From Oscillospiraceae bacterium (GTDB lineage: Bacteria; Bacillota; Clostridia; Oscillospirales; WRJC01): a stretch of DNA of 62,691 nt. The DNA is taken from contig WQYZ01000002.1 in NCBI GenBank assembly GCA_009780985.1, forward strand, positions 1 through 62,691, read 5' to 3'. Positions within the stretch are counted from its first letter, which is position 1, and each line of letters opens with the position of its first letter. Of the stretch, positions 1 through 9,259 are shown one piece after another. Both the position numbers and the translations under genes were made by a program. Under the pieces are notes generated by a model. It saw only the letters and a program-made list of their open reading frames with translations. It was not told where the DNA came from and made no database searches.

Positions 1-272
1 TGAACAGATCAATAAAAGAATCGCGCACAAAAATAGCCAAAGCCACGGCAAGACTTGACAAATACAGAAAAGCCAGAATAAAGCATATCTTAAAACAACG
101 CAAACTTCAGCGAAGAGAAGAAAAAGAGACCAGAAAAAAAGACCCCAATGAATTATTGTCAGATGTCATAGACGATTACGACGACGATATGACCGAAGAT
201 GAAAAATCAATAGATAAATTTGACAATGAACTCAGGGATATTATGTTCGACGAAGCGGACGAAGATGTGTGA
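1..272 (+). CDS. 3' end of an unidentified CDS entering from upstream (basic segment, then acidic tail ...FDEADEDV*)
   Basis: The frame is open from the window edge to TGA at 270-272 and is followed by a strong hairpin. No recognisable domain. Confidence 0.45.
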   Translation, partial: NRSIKESRTKIAKATARLDKYRKARIKHILKQRKLQRREEKETRKKDPNELLSDVIDDYDDDMTEDEKSIDKFDNELRDIMFDEADEDV

Positions 273-290
273 GTGCAAAAACAAAATGAA

Positions 291-337
291 CGCAAGGGTT
301 GAACCGCCGAATGTGTTCGGCACTTTCAACCCTTGCG
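291..337. terminator. Hairpin between convergent genes, likely a bidirectional terminator
   Basis: CGCAAGGGTTGAA ... TTCAACCCTTGCG forms a perfect 13-bp stem between the upstream CDS and the lexA 3' end. Confidence 0.6.
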
Positions 338-366
338 CAATTTATATAAGTATATTGTGAATCGAA

Positions 367-978
367 TTAATAAAATCTAAGCACGGAAATTACCCTGCCG
401 AGTATCGTCACGTCTTTTAATATAAGGGGACGCATCGACACATTGCACGGCTGCAGTCTTATGCTTCCGTTTTCTACAAAATATTTTTTGACGGTCGCTT
501 CGTCTTCTATCATAGCAACAACTATCTCCCCGTTTTCGGCGTAGTTTCTCTTTTCAACCACAACGTAATCGCCGTTCATTATCCCGGCTTCAATCATACT
601 GTCGCCTTTGATTCTTAAAGCAAACAGGCGGGCGTTCAGATAGCTTTGCTTATATATGGGAAAATCAAGATACCCTTCGTGGTTTTCGATTGCGAGTATA
701 GGGATACCTGCGGTGACTTGCCCCAAAATCGGGACTTTTATAGATGTGCGCCTGCCGGTGTTGTCGACATTGTCAACTCTTATCGTCCTGCTTTTGCCGG
801 CTTCTTTTTGAATATAACCTTTCTTTTCGAGTTTTTCCAAGTATGCATGAACGGTAGATGTGCTTTTTATATCGAGCGCGATTTTAATATCCCTGACCGA
901 CGGAGAAAACCCCTCTTTTTTTATTGTGTCTATTATAAACTCGTAAACTGCGCGCTCTTTATGATTCATTTCGCTCAT
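367..978 (-). CDS. lexA: LexA repressor (SOS regulator, S24 autopeptidase)
   Basis: N-terminal winged helix (SVRDI..STSTVHAYLEKLEKKGYI) and a C-terminal S24 domain with GDSM and a VVA..ATVKK Ser/Lys dyad context. Confidence 0.95.
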   Translation of the reverse strand: MSEMNHKERAVYEFIIDTIKKEGFSPSVRDIKIALDIKSTSTVHAYLEKLEKKGYIQKEAGKSRTIRVDNVDNTGRRTSIKVPILGQVTAGIPILAIENHEGYLDFPIYKQSYLNARLFALRIKGDSMIEAGIMNGDYVVVEKRNYAENGEIVVAMIEDEATVKKYFVENGSIRLQPCNVSMRPLILKDVTILGRVISVLRFY

Positions 979-1087
979 TTCAGTATCCCAGCCCTTTCAA
1001 TTCAATATTTTAATTATGTTATTACATTAATTATTTTATCAATTATATCAATTATGTTATTATATAAATAAATATTAATACAATAAT

Positions 1088-1124
1088 ATTATATCACAAA
1101 ACAATAATCTGAACAAGTTTTTCG
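1088..1124 (-). promoter_or_regulatory. Candidate lexA promoter with an overlapping LexA-box-like motif
   Basis: Minus strand reads TTGTTC-17 nt-TATAAT with TGa upstream of the -10. The -35 overlaps CGAAA-N5-GTTCA, which resembles the Gram-positive CGAAC-N4-GTTCG box but has the wrong spacing. Confidence 0.35.
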
Positions 1125-1350
1125 ATAAAAATACTCATTTTTTTTACTGAAAATTAACAATTCAATATATTTTTTATATGGTATAATAGATGTGCTCGGG
1201 AACATCAAATCTATGGCAGATTTATTCGATTATAAAGTCATGACGCTGTGAAATTATAACGTCATACAATATATAGACAGGCGTATGCAGTCACAAATTC
1301 ATACAATAAAAACATAATAATGTGAAATTGAAATTTAAAGGAGATTTTAT

Positions 1351-2413
1351 ATGTCAGAACTATTGAAACCCAGAAAAAATTATTCAGCAAATACTGATAA
1401 CAATTCGCAAAACGACAACTATGCTTTATTTAACGACATCATGCAGCATAAAAGCGCGCACTGCGGATTTTGGCACGGCAATCCGCATCCGGAAAGTTAT
1501 AAAAAATTATTTGATTATTTCGGAGTGAAAACGATTTTGAACTCGGTCTGAAACTCGGCGACACTTTTATGTGGGTTATCGACGGCTGGGGAGAATATAA
1601 ACACTCACTCGGCGATTATCTATTTGATTTATACAAAGACAAAGATATTCCTCATTTACGCGATCTCACGGATGACGATGTTGATTTGGTCAAAAAATTA
1701 AACTGGCCCGATGTCAAATATTATGATTTTTCCAATTTCGAAAATGCGGCAAATATGGCGAAAGAGTACGGCGTGCCAATATTGAGCGGCGCATGGGCGC
1801 CGTTTTATCACAATGTTGCGGATATGTTCGGTATGGAAAATTATTTTGTAAAAATGCACACAGACCCTCATTTAGTTACGGCGGTGACCGAAAAATTAGT
1901 AGATTTTTATCTCGATATGAACAAAAAACTATTCGACGCGTATGCTACGGATATAAACGCGTGTTTTTTCGGCAACGACTACGGCACTCAGCTTGATTTA
2001 ATGATTTCGCCGGAGATGTTCAAAAAATTCGTCATGCCGTATCAGAAAAAAATCGCCGATCAGGCAAAATCATATAATCTTTACACATTTTTGCACTCGT
2101 GCGGCTCTGTCGTAAAAGCGATTCCCGAAATAATAGCCGCCGGAATCGACGGACTTCACCCAATACAGGCGCTTGCCGCCGGGATGAACGCTGAAAATCT
2201 CGCGGATAAATTAAAGATAAATTGGTTTTTGTCGGCGGAGTGGACACGCAGGTTCTTTTGAGAGAGGGTACGGCAAAACAGATAAAAGACGATGTGCGGC
2301 GGCTGAAAAGTCTTTTCGGCAATAATTTCTTCGTATCGCCGAGCCATGAGGCTGTCCTGCCGGATATACCTCCGGGAAACATCGCGGCTATGTCGGAAGC
2401 GGCTTGGGAATAA
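1351..2413 (+). pseudogene. Frameshifted uroporphyrinogen decarboxylase (URO-D) family gene
   Basis: ORFs 1351-1551, 1569-2261 and 2222-2413 lie in three frames. Together they align along the intact paralog 31281-32393 (FLHSCGSV..GIDGLHPIQ / VFVGGVDTQ..SPSHEAV versus HHTCGSV..GVDILNPIQ / SFWGGIDTQ..SPAHCIQ). The frame shifts are near 1525 and 2213. Confidence 0.8.
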
Positions 2414-2464
2414 AGTGACGTTTTGGGGAAGCAGAATTTTTTTCAAAAATAATAGAAATTTAAC

Positions 2465-2493
2465 TTGCATTTTTTATTTATTTATGATATAAT
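2465..2493 (+). promoter_or_regulatory. Candidate sigma-A promoter for secG
   Basis: TTGCAT-17 nt-TATAAT with a TGa extended -10, about 60 nt upstream of secG. Confidence 0.45.
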
Positions 2494-2555
2494 AACTTTT
2501 ATATAGTATTTAAATAAGATTATGTGTTTAATTTTCAGGAGGTTGTAATTGTAAT

Positions 2556-2798
2556 ATGAGCATAGTTGAATGGATTTTCGGAGGAATACTTTTATTCTTC
2601 GCAGTATTTCTCGTAGTTGCTGTATTATTGCAGCACGGTAAAACCCACTATCTGTCCGGCACAATCGCCGGCGGAGCGGAGACTTTCTTTGGCAAAGAAA
2701 AAGGCAGAACAATGGATAAAATGCTCTCGACTGTAACATCAATAGTGGCTGTCGTATTTGTTATCGCCGTTCTTGTTCTTTACGTACTGCAAAGTTAA
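2556..2798 (+). CDS. secG: Preprotein translocase subunit SecG
   Basis: 80 aa with two TM helices and a central GGAETFFG-type loop. AGGAGG RBS upstream. Confidence 0.9.
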   Translation: MSIVEWIFGGILLFFAVFLVVAVLLQHGKTHYLSGTIAGGAETFFGKEKGRTMDKMLSTVTSIVAVVFVIAVLVLYVLQS

Positions 2799-2825
2799 TA
2801 TATTAATATAAAAATAACAAAAACA

Positions 2826-2857
2826 GAGGCGGAATTATTTTCCGTCTCGTATTTTTA
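2826..2857 (+). terminator. Intrinsic terminator after secG
   Basis: GAGGCGGAA-ttatt-TTCCGTCTC stem (one G-U pair) followed by a T-rich tract. Confidence 0.6.
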
Positions 2858-2867
2858 TTATATGTCT

Positions 2868-4001
2868 TTAAGACGTCGCGCCCGTCGTATCGGTATTTGC
2901 GTTAGTCGCCCGAGCAGTATTCTGCGCGGCTGCTGCAGTAGTCGTCGTACCTGCCGCCGGAACAACCTGCTTTCTGTAGGCGCTGTACAGCGTCAGCGCA
3001 TCCGTATACCTTGGAACATAAAACATCACGCCGTTTTCTTCCATGTAATCTCCCGGATACTGCAGCACTTCAGGCGTTTGATACGCCGTAGACAGCGAAA
3101 AAATCAAATCGGTATAACTGTTAAACGTTTTTGCGTCTATATTTGTATTAACCGCGCTGCTTTGAATCGCATTATAAATATCCTGCGCCTTAGATAAATT
3201 TTCAAGCGTTATTTTCTGCCTGAGAAATTCTTTTATAAAATCTATCTGTACTGAGGTTCTCTCTTCGTTTCCGGCGGCATAACCTTTATACCGGAGAAGC
3301 TCTATGGCTTCTTCCCCGTCTATAAGCTGCTGACCTGCTTTTAAATCTATTTCGGGTTTACTTTGATTCTTGGGATTGTCGGGATCGTCAGGATCGAAAG
3401 GAGGTTTGCTTTTTTCTTTTGCATCGTCGTACGGCAGCGGCTTATAATACATATCCATCGGCACGTTGTAATTAATATCGCCCAGAATGTCAAAAACACT
3501 CTTTATGGTATCATAGTTTACAACGCAGTAATAATCCATTTTAAGCCCCGTATACGACTTGACTGCCGCAAGCAGGGTATTAATGCCGTATTCCGCGTAA
3601 ACTGCGCCCAATCTTAATGTATAACCCTTTGCGTCCACTTTCATATCGCATGAAAGCGGCGAAATCATAATCGTTTTTGTGATTGCGTTTATATTGAGCA
3701 TAATAATAGTGTCGGCTTCACTTTTTGCATTGTCCTGCGATTCTCCGGCGTCCACCCCTACAAGCAGAGCCGAAAACACAGTGCTGTCTCCGTCCGGAAT
3801 ATCCGTATTGTCTATTGTTGTGGTTTCAAGATTGTTGTCTGGCGTGGTATCAGTATTATTATCCGAAGTTTCAGTAGTGGTCCCTGTTATGTCAGGTGTT
3901 ATATTGGTGTTTACATATTTTACTATAAAATATCCGATCGTCCCGAAAAGTAATAAAGAAATAAACAAAGCGAGAAAAAAATTCCTCAAACTCGACAGCA
4001 T
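2868..4001 (-). CDS. LytR/CpsA/Psr (LCP) family cell-envelope phosphotransferase
   Basis: N-terminal TM anchor and an LCP core (LLVGVD..SEADTIIMLNI...RLGAVY..YCVVNYD..). Low-complexity Thr/Ala C-terminus. Confidence 0.88.
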   Translation of the reverse strand: MLSSLRNFFLALFISLLLFGTIGYFIVKYVNTNITPDITGTTTETSDNNTDTTPDNNLETTTIDNTDIPDGDSTVFSALLVGVDAGESQDNAKSEADTIIMLNINAITKTIMISPLSCDMKVDAKGYTLRLGAVYAEYGINTLLAAVKSYTGLKMDYYCVVNYDTIKSVFDILGDINYNVPMDMYYKPLPYDDAKEKSKPPFDPDDPDNPKNQSKPEIDLKAGQQLIDGEEAIELLRYKGYAAGNEERTSVQIDFIKEFLRQKITLENLSKAQDIYNAIQSSAVNTNIDAKTFNSYTDLIFSLSTAYQTPEVLQYPGDYMEENGVMFYVPRYTDALTLYSAYRKQVVPAAGTTTTAAAAQNTARATNANTDTTGATS

Positions 4002-4022
4002 TTAACATTTTCCTTTCCAAAT

Positions 4023-4793
4023 TTATTTTTTTATTACGACTTTAGATTCAAAACAGTTCTGACCGCTTGATTTTATTTTCGCATTTATATAGTGCTCCTC
4101 TGTTTGTCCGTTAAGAGCGACAGTTCTGTATATTTCGATAATATCGCCGAATACCGCCTGCGAATTATAATTTAAATCGAGAGATAAAATTCTCTTTTTC
4201 AAATCGGGAGAGAGTTTTTCGCCGTCGTAATATAAATTGTCGCATATCAAATCTATATAAGCCGCGTTGTTCATATGCAGATTTGTATCAATATCGGAAT
4301 ACGCGACTTTATACTCAACCGTGCTTGAATTAACCGAATTTTCGGGGCTCTTAAACCGCCGCTGAACGGCGAAATCCAGTTCTTCGCCGTCAAATCCGTT
4401 CCTGAAATTTTCTTCTATCATATCGGGTTTAAGTATAGTTTTTTCTTTCATATCCATCAAAGCCCACGCCGAAACAGCTTCGGCGGCGATTTCTCCGTTT
4501 TTACTTTGATTGTAGATTCTGTAATTTCTCGGGAATATAACGGTTTTAGGTGGATTTGCCCATGTCTCGGCTTTTATTATGTCGTCCTCGTGAATTTCGG
4601 AATAATATCTGAAGCTGATTTTCGACAATATAAACGCAAGATTATTTTCGGCTAAAAACTGCGGGGTAGGTCCCCAGTTTTTCAGGGCGTACCACGCGGT
4701 TTCCTGCATATATCTGCCGATATAACCCGGCTTTAGGATATTGTTATAATCTGTGTAATAATAGTGAATTTTGTATTCGTTAGACCATTTCAT
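4023..4793 (-). CDS. Acyl-ACP thioesterase (double hot-dog)
   Basis: Length fits, and the second hot-dog domain carries DIDTNLHMNNAAY, matching the D-x-N-x-H-V-N-N motif. Confidence 0.82.
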   Translation of the reverse strand: MKWSNEYKIHYYYTDYNNILKPGYIGRYMQETAWYALKNWGPTPQFLAENNLAFILSKISFRYYSEIHEDDIIKAETWANPPKTVIFPRNYRIYNQSKNGEIAAEAVSAWALMDMKEKTILKPDMIEENFRNGFDGEELDFAVQRRFKSPENSVNSSTVEYKVAYSDIDTNLHMNNAAYIDLICDNLYYDGEKLSPDLKKRILSLDLNYNSQAVFGDIIEIYRTVALNGQTEEHYINAKIKSSGQNCFESKVVIKK

Positions 4794-4887
4794 AAATTAT
4801 TTTCTTTTCTATTTGACATTTTATCGCTTTTTCGCATTATATTTTATAATTCTACATTTTTTTAATTATAAATTCAAGCAATATATG

Positions 4888-5892
4888 TTAAATTTTTTTC
4901 AAGACTTTTCCAAGCAAATCAACGCACGCCTGAACGTCGTCCATACTGCACAATTCCGCGCCGCTGTGCATATATCTCGTCGGAACGGATATTGCCCCCG
5001 CGATGCTCCCTGCTCCCGCGGACTGCATAACAGCCGTATCGGTTCCGCCCGCAGCCAAAATCTCGGACTGGTATTTTATATTATTTTCTTTTGCCGTCTG
5101 CATAAGAAGATTTACCATATCTTTATGGCATATAACGGAGCTGTCCATTAATTTTATTGCCGCTCCGTCCCCGATTTTTGTCGCCATAGGCAGACATTCC
5201 GGAGTGTCCCCTGTTCTTGTGACGTCCACTGCTATAGAGTAATCCGGCATAATAAACTGCGCGGCTGTCCTCGCGCCTCTCAGCCCGACTTCTTCCTGCG
5301 CTGTAAACACAAAATACAAATCGCTTTCGAGTTTTGTATTTTTCATGTTTAACAGCGTCTGAATCAAAACAGCGCACGAAATTTTATTGTCGAGTTTTGC
5401 CGCGGCTATTCTGTTGTTCATAAGAGTTATTATTTTGGGCGCGATAGTGCATGTATCTCCGATTTTTACTTTTATCTCGGCATCTGCCTTATCTTTGGCG
5501 CCTATATCAATATACATTTTGGAAGCATCATACTCGTTCGGTTTTACATTTCCTTCCGGTACGATAACGCCGTGAAGCCCGTTCTTGAACAGAATCTCGC
5601 CGTACGCCGCAGAAATCCAGTTTATCCCACCGACGCGGCTTACTCTTATAAACCCGCTGTCTTCGATAAACGTCACGATAAATCCTATTTCGTCCATATG
5701 CGCCGCTGTCATAATTTTTTTTGCGTTCACGTTCCCTTCGCTGCTTTTCTTTACGGCGATAAGATTGCCCAATGCGTCCGATTTAATCTCGTCCGAGCAG
5801 CCCGCTATCAATTCGCGTATCTCGTCAGATACGGCTTCTTCCGCGCCTGATACAGATACGGCGTTTACTAATTTTTTCAATATATCAATCAT
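4888..5892 (-). CDS. M42 family metallopeptidase (TET/FrvX-type aminopeptidase)
   Basis: AAHMDEIGFIV, FTAQEEVGLRGA and PTRYMHS motifs. Confidence 0.9.
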   Translation of the reverse strand: MIDILKKLVNAVSVSGAEEAVSDEIRELIAGCSDEIKSDALGNLIAVKKSSEGNVNAKKIMTAAHMDEIGFIVTFIEDSGFIRVSRVGGINWISAAYGEILFKNGLHGVIVPEGNVKPNEYDASKMYIDIGAKDKADAEIKVKIGDTCTIAPKIITLMNNRIAAAKLDNKISCAVLIQTLLNMKNTKLESDLYFVFTAQEEVGLRGARTAAQFIMPDYSIAVDVTRTGDTPECLPMATKIGDGAAIKLMDSSVICHKDMVNLLMQTAKENNIKYQSEILAAGGTDTAVMQSAGAGSIAGAISVPTRYMHSGAELCSMDDVQACVDLLGKVLKKI

Positions 5893-5922
5893 AAATATTT
5901 TATTCAGCTTTCTGTCTTAATT

Positions 5923-6243
5923 TTATCTTTTGAGTTTTATCACATTTTCAATAAGAATTTTGCATCTGCCGCATTCCGTGCCCGCGCCTGTGGTTTCGCC
6001 GACTTTTTCCACAGTGTCCGCGCCGTTTCTGACCGCATTCACCACCGTTTCAAGCGAAACGCCTTTACACCCGCAGACCGAGCTTAATATCCCGTCGAGT
6101 TCGCGCATACAGCCCTCGCATTCAAGGCATGTATTTGCCATTTCTTTTAATTCTCTTTTTGTTCTCGCGCCGCTGCTCATTGCCTTGCGCACCGTCATAT
6201 AATCCACATTGTTTTTATCGCAAATTGTTCTGTTTCCTGCCAT
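5923..6243 (-). CDS. BFD-like [2Fe-2S]-binding domain protein
   Basis: Cys pairs CLECEGC, CGC and ECGRC within a small protein of about 100 aa. Confidence 0.75.
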   Translation of the reverse strand: MAGNRTICDKNNVDYMTVRKAMSSGARTKRELKEMANTCLECEGCMRELDGILSSVCGCKGVSLETVVNAVRNGADTVEKVGETTGAGTECGRCKILIENVIKLKR

Positions 6244-6287
6244 ATATTATTTTCTCCCGTAATTTTATTTATAATTTTTATTTTTCT

Positions 6288-6316
6288 ATTATACATGATA
6301 TTTCAGTTAAATGCAA
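6288..6316 (-). promoter_or_regulatory. Candidate promoter of the BFD-like gene
   Basis: Minus strand reads TTGCAT-17 nt-TATAAT, about 45 nt upstream of the ATG at 6243. Confidence 0.45.
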
Positions 6317-6322
6317 TATATT

Positions 6323-6377
6323 TTTGTAAATTTTGCGTTTATTTGCGAATTTTGTAAAATTTGTAAAATTTGTAAAA
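6323..6377. repeat. Phased 9-bp repeat array (TTTGTAAAA x3 perfect, plus 3 degenerate units)
   Basis: Tandem TTTGTAAAA at 6351, 6360 and 6369, preceded by TTTGCGAA, TTTGCGTT and TTTGTAAA units. The array sits directly upstream of the -35 above. Confidence 0.6.
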
Positions 6378-6401
6378 AACGAGGTGTGCGATTCGCACAC
6401 C
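6371..6401 (-). terminator. Intrinsic terminator after CDS 6493-7719
   Basis: Minus strand reads GGTGTGC-gaatc-GCACACC followed by TCGTTTTTTAC. Confidence 0.65.
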
Positions 6402-6492
6402 CCGCTGATTAGAAAATGCTTATTTTTTCGGAAGTTATTTAAATTTATAATATAGTATAAGCTATAACACGATGTTGATGCCCAAAGGTTTA

Positions 6493-7719
6493 TTAAAGTA
6501 TATAATTGACTGCATTGCCGATTATGATGTCATATTCTTCAGTCTCATTGTTTTGGGTATCGGTTTCTTCCTGCGGCGGCGTGTCATCAATGATTTCAAT
6601 GCCGCCTTCATTTATAACTATCTTTTCCATTATAGCTTCCATTTGAAAATCGCGCAGATAAATCGTTCCATACAAGAAAATATTCCCGATATACTCTTGT
6701 ATATCGTCGGAGGAAATATCACCGGGAACAGTCAATGCCGCGTCGTTCTTAATAATATAACTTTGCATTGATTTAGGTTTTCTTAAAGGCATTTCATCGC
6801 CGACTATCACTAACTTACCTTTGTAGGTATTAAAACTGTTTGTTTTTACCCTGTCGAAAATACTTTCTGCAATAGTTTCGGGGACAATAACTGCTCCCTC
6901 AGTTATAAGTCTAAAGTCGATATTATTGATTAGATTTTTATCTATCTCGTCTTTAAAATGCACATCGTTGCGGGTGTACAAAGATTTTCCTTTAATGGTA
7001 TATATATTGGCAGCGCCGACAAGCAACGGTGTATCAAAATATTCGTAGTCGTCGGGAATAACTGAAACTTCTGAATATTTATGCGCAGCCTTGTAAAAAA
7101 TATCTCTATGCTTTTGATAGATTATTGCATTCCCGAAAATTGTCAGTTCCGAGATATATTTATTAAATAGCTCTGTATTTGTATCATGCGATACGTAAAC
7201 CGTTCCGAATACGGTTATTTTTGAACTTTCGTCCAAGCCGTTTATAAAACCGTCATTTATGGTGATGTTCTGCCCGTATAAAAGCGTGTCTGCCGGATAA
7301 ACTGTTGTGTTGCCATTTATATTCACGTTCAGCAAAGGCAGCATCGCCGCAAGCGTATTGGGCAGGGTGATATTTCCGTTTACTTTTCCTCCGGCTGAAA
7401 AAAGACAAGCAAATGTATCAGCTGTAATATTATTATTAACAAACCCGCTGCCATTAATATAGGTGTATACCTTTTTTTCTCCTAAAGAAGCATTGATATT
7501 TCCATCAAAGATACTGTTTCCATTCATAAAAGAAAATGTCGCGCCGTCCGCAATTTCGGTTATATTGACAATATTACCAAAATTTACTTTTCCCAATAAC
7601 GGACGCGTAGACGTTGTTACGAAAACATTTACCGCATTTTGAATCGTCAACCCTTCGACCGCTTCAGGCGTTGTGGATGTCATATCTAATATGACAACAT
7701 TTTTAATAAGTTTTTTCAT
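6493..7719 (-). CDS. Hypothetical Asn/Gly/Ile-rich protein, possibly a beta-solenoid; no signal peptide or TM helix seen
   Basis: 408-aa ORF that starts 5 nt after the sigma-factor stop. Recurrent motifs include VNFGNIVNIT, GNINASL, VNNNITAD, VNGNITLPN, VNINGNTT and QNITINDG. Confidence 0.8.
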   Translation of the reverse strand: MKKLIKNVVILDMTSTTPEAVEGLTIQNAVNVFVTTSTRPLLGKVNFGNIVNITEIADGATFSFMNGNSIFDGNINASLGEKKVYTYINGSGFVNNNITADTFACLFSAGGKVNGNITLPNTLAAMLPLLNVNINGNTTVYPADTLLYGQNITINDGFINGLDESSKITVFGTVYVSHDTNTELFNKYISELTIFGNAIIYQKHRDIFYKAAHKYSEVSVIPDDYEYFDTPLLVGAANIYTIKGKSLYTRNDVHFKDEIDKNLINNIDFRLITEGAVIVPETIAESIFDRVKTNSFNTYKGKLVIVGDEMPLRKPKSMQSYIIKNDAALTVPGDISSDDIQEYIGNIFLYGTIYLRDFQMEAIMEKIVINEGGIEIIDDTPPQEETDTQNNETEEYDIIIGNAVNYIL

Positions 7720-7724
7720 TTAAT

Positions 7725-8294
7725 TCATTCCTCTCTTTGCAATAATTTTTTCATTTTTTTGTTTGCGCGCATTCGTATGCTGCGGATTGAAGACGGCGGC
7801 ATATTTAGCTGTTCGCCGATAATTGTGCTGTCCATACCCATAAAATATGTTTTGAAAACAATATCCTGTTCCAATGTAGAGAGTTTATAAATCACTGACA
7901 TTACCATAATATTATCCAACACGGCGTTTTCAAAACCGTTATCGGAACACTGCGGCGGCATAGTCAGTGAGTCATAAGAAACTATACGCTTTTCATGCCT
8001 GCGCAAATCAATCAGAGTATTTATTATCGACTTGCTCAAAAATGCCTTTACAGACTGGTCAGGCAAAACTGACAATCTGTCATATTGTTCCCATAGGATT
8101 ATTTGGGACTTTTGGATCAGTTCGTCCGCTTCGACAGCATCACGCGCCAAACGCCTTGATTTCAGTTTTATAAAATCGAAATGCCGCATGATAAAATCGT
8201 TAATCAAATATAGTATCACCTTCTCCGTTTTATAAGTTTCATATTTTTTTGCGCGCATATATATTAAACGATTGAAACATATAAAGTGTTGCAA
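7725..8294 (-). CDS. Sigma-70 family (ECF-like, regions 2 and 4) RNA polymerase sigma factor
   Basis: Region 2 (ADELIQKSQIILWEQ) and region 4 HTH (STIIGEQLNMPPSSIRSIRMRANKKM). The start is uncertain: TTG 8294, ATG 8258 or ATG 8189, none with a clear RBS. Confidence 0.82.
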   Translation of the reverse strand: MQHFICFNRLIYMRAKKYETYKTEKVILYLINDFIMRHFDFIKLKSRRLARDAVEADELIQKSQIILWEQYDRLSVLPDQSVKAFLSKSIINTLIDLRRHEKRIVSYDSLTMPPQCSDNGFENAVLDNIMVMSVIYKLSTLEQDIVFKTYFMGMDSTIIGEQLNMPPSSIRSIRMRANKKMKKLLQREE

Positions 8295-8309
8295 TTATTA
8301 AAAATTTAA

Positions 8310-8340
8310 ATGCCCTGCAAAATAATTTTTTGCAAGGCAT
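8310..8340 (-). terminator. Possible terminator after the HTH-GNAT gene
   Basis: Imperfect hairpin ATGCCTTGCAAAA..TTTTGCAGGGCAT on the minus strand, followed by a T-rich tract. Confidence 0.4.
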
Positions 8341-8386
8341 CATTGCCGGCATGAAAGTCTGATGGTTATTTGTGAAAAAACGTTTC

Positions 8387-9097
8387 TTAAGGACGATATT
8401 CGTCTTTAAGAATAGAATATCTCATACTATCGCGCATATCCCTGCCGAATTTCCGCAAAGTTCCTTCATAAACAAACCCGGTATTTATCATTGCCTGCTT
8501 TAATATTTCATCATCGCAGTAGCACAAAGCAAAAGCAACCAATATCCCAAGTTCATTAAACCCGTAATTTAATATTAGTTTATGCGCCTCTGTGACATAG
8601 TCTACGTTGTTATACTCGTCGCAAATATGAACCTCCAATTCTCTGTACCCCTTATATCTGTCTATGTCAACAAGCCCGACAACTCCGATAAGTCTGCCTG
8701 TTTCCTTTAAAATAACAGGGTACATTTCCTGATACTCTTTCCATATTTTGATAGTATCTAAGCTCTCATTCAATGTGGTGATTTTGATATAATGCATAAA
8801 GTGAGGTGATTTTTGTTTTACTTCAAGTAATCCGGTTGCGTCGCTTTCGCTCCATTCTCTGATTAATAATCTGTCAGATTCAATGGTTTTCATAACATTC
8901 CCTCCGATATTTAATAAGTAATCAACAGTAACATGGAAATGTTTTGCTAAAATCGGCAGCATAACAATATCGGGATATGTTACCGACGTTTCCCATCTTG
9001 ATACCGTTTGCATACTGACATTTAGATATTCTGCAAGCTGATGTTGCGTTATGCCGCTTTTTATTCTTAATTTTTTGATCGTTGTCCCAATATCCAT
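8387..9097 (-). CDS. XRE-family HTH fused to a GNAT (RimJ/RimL-like) acetyltransferase
   Basis: N-terminus LRIKSGITQHQLAEYLNVSMQTVSRWE. The C-terminal ~170 aa has a GNAT pattern (RLLIREW.. GVVGL.. GYGTEA-like). Confidence 0.88.
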   Translation of the reverse strand: MDIGTTIKKLRIKSGITQHQLAEYLNVSMQTVSRWETSVTYPDIVMLPILAKHFHVTVDYLLNIGGNVMKTIESDRLLIREWSESDATGLLEVKQKSPHFMHYIKITTLNESLDTIKIWKEYQEMYPVILKETGRLIGVVGLVDIDRYKGYRELEVHICDEYNNVDYVTEAHKLILNYGFNELGILVAFALCYCDDEILKQAMINTGFVYEGTLRKFGRDMRDSMRYSILKDEYRP

Positions 9098-9126
9098 GTT
9101 TATTACTCCTGATTTGAATTTGTAAT

Positions 9127-9140
9127 TTGTAACGTTACAA
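9127..9140. promoter_or_regulatory. Perfect 14-bp palindrome, candidate operator
   Basis: TTGTAACGTTACAA lies 30-43 nt upstream of the HTH-GNAT start codon. Confidence 0.4.
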
Positions 9141-9259
9141 GCCGATTATATCACAAAACCATTTCATTTTCTATGGCACAAAACGAGAATGCCTTAAACA
9201 TATTATGATATTATTGTGTAATATAGAATATTGCGTATCATTCATCAACGAAATAAGCA

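Noticed and set aside
1108-1126. LexA (Cheo) box upstream of lexA.
   Set aside because: Only CGAAA-N5-GTTCA is present, versus the consensus CGAAC-N4-GTTCG. Because the spacing is wrong, it is kept only as a low-confidence note on the promoter feature, not as an operator call.
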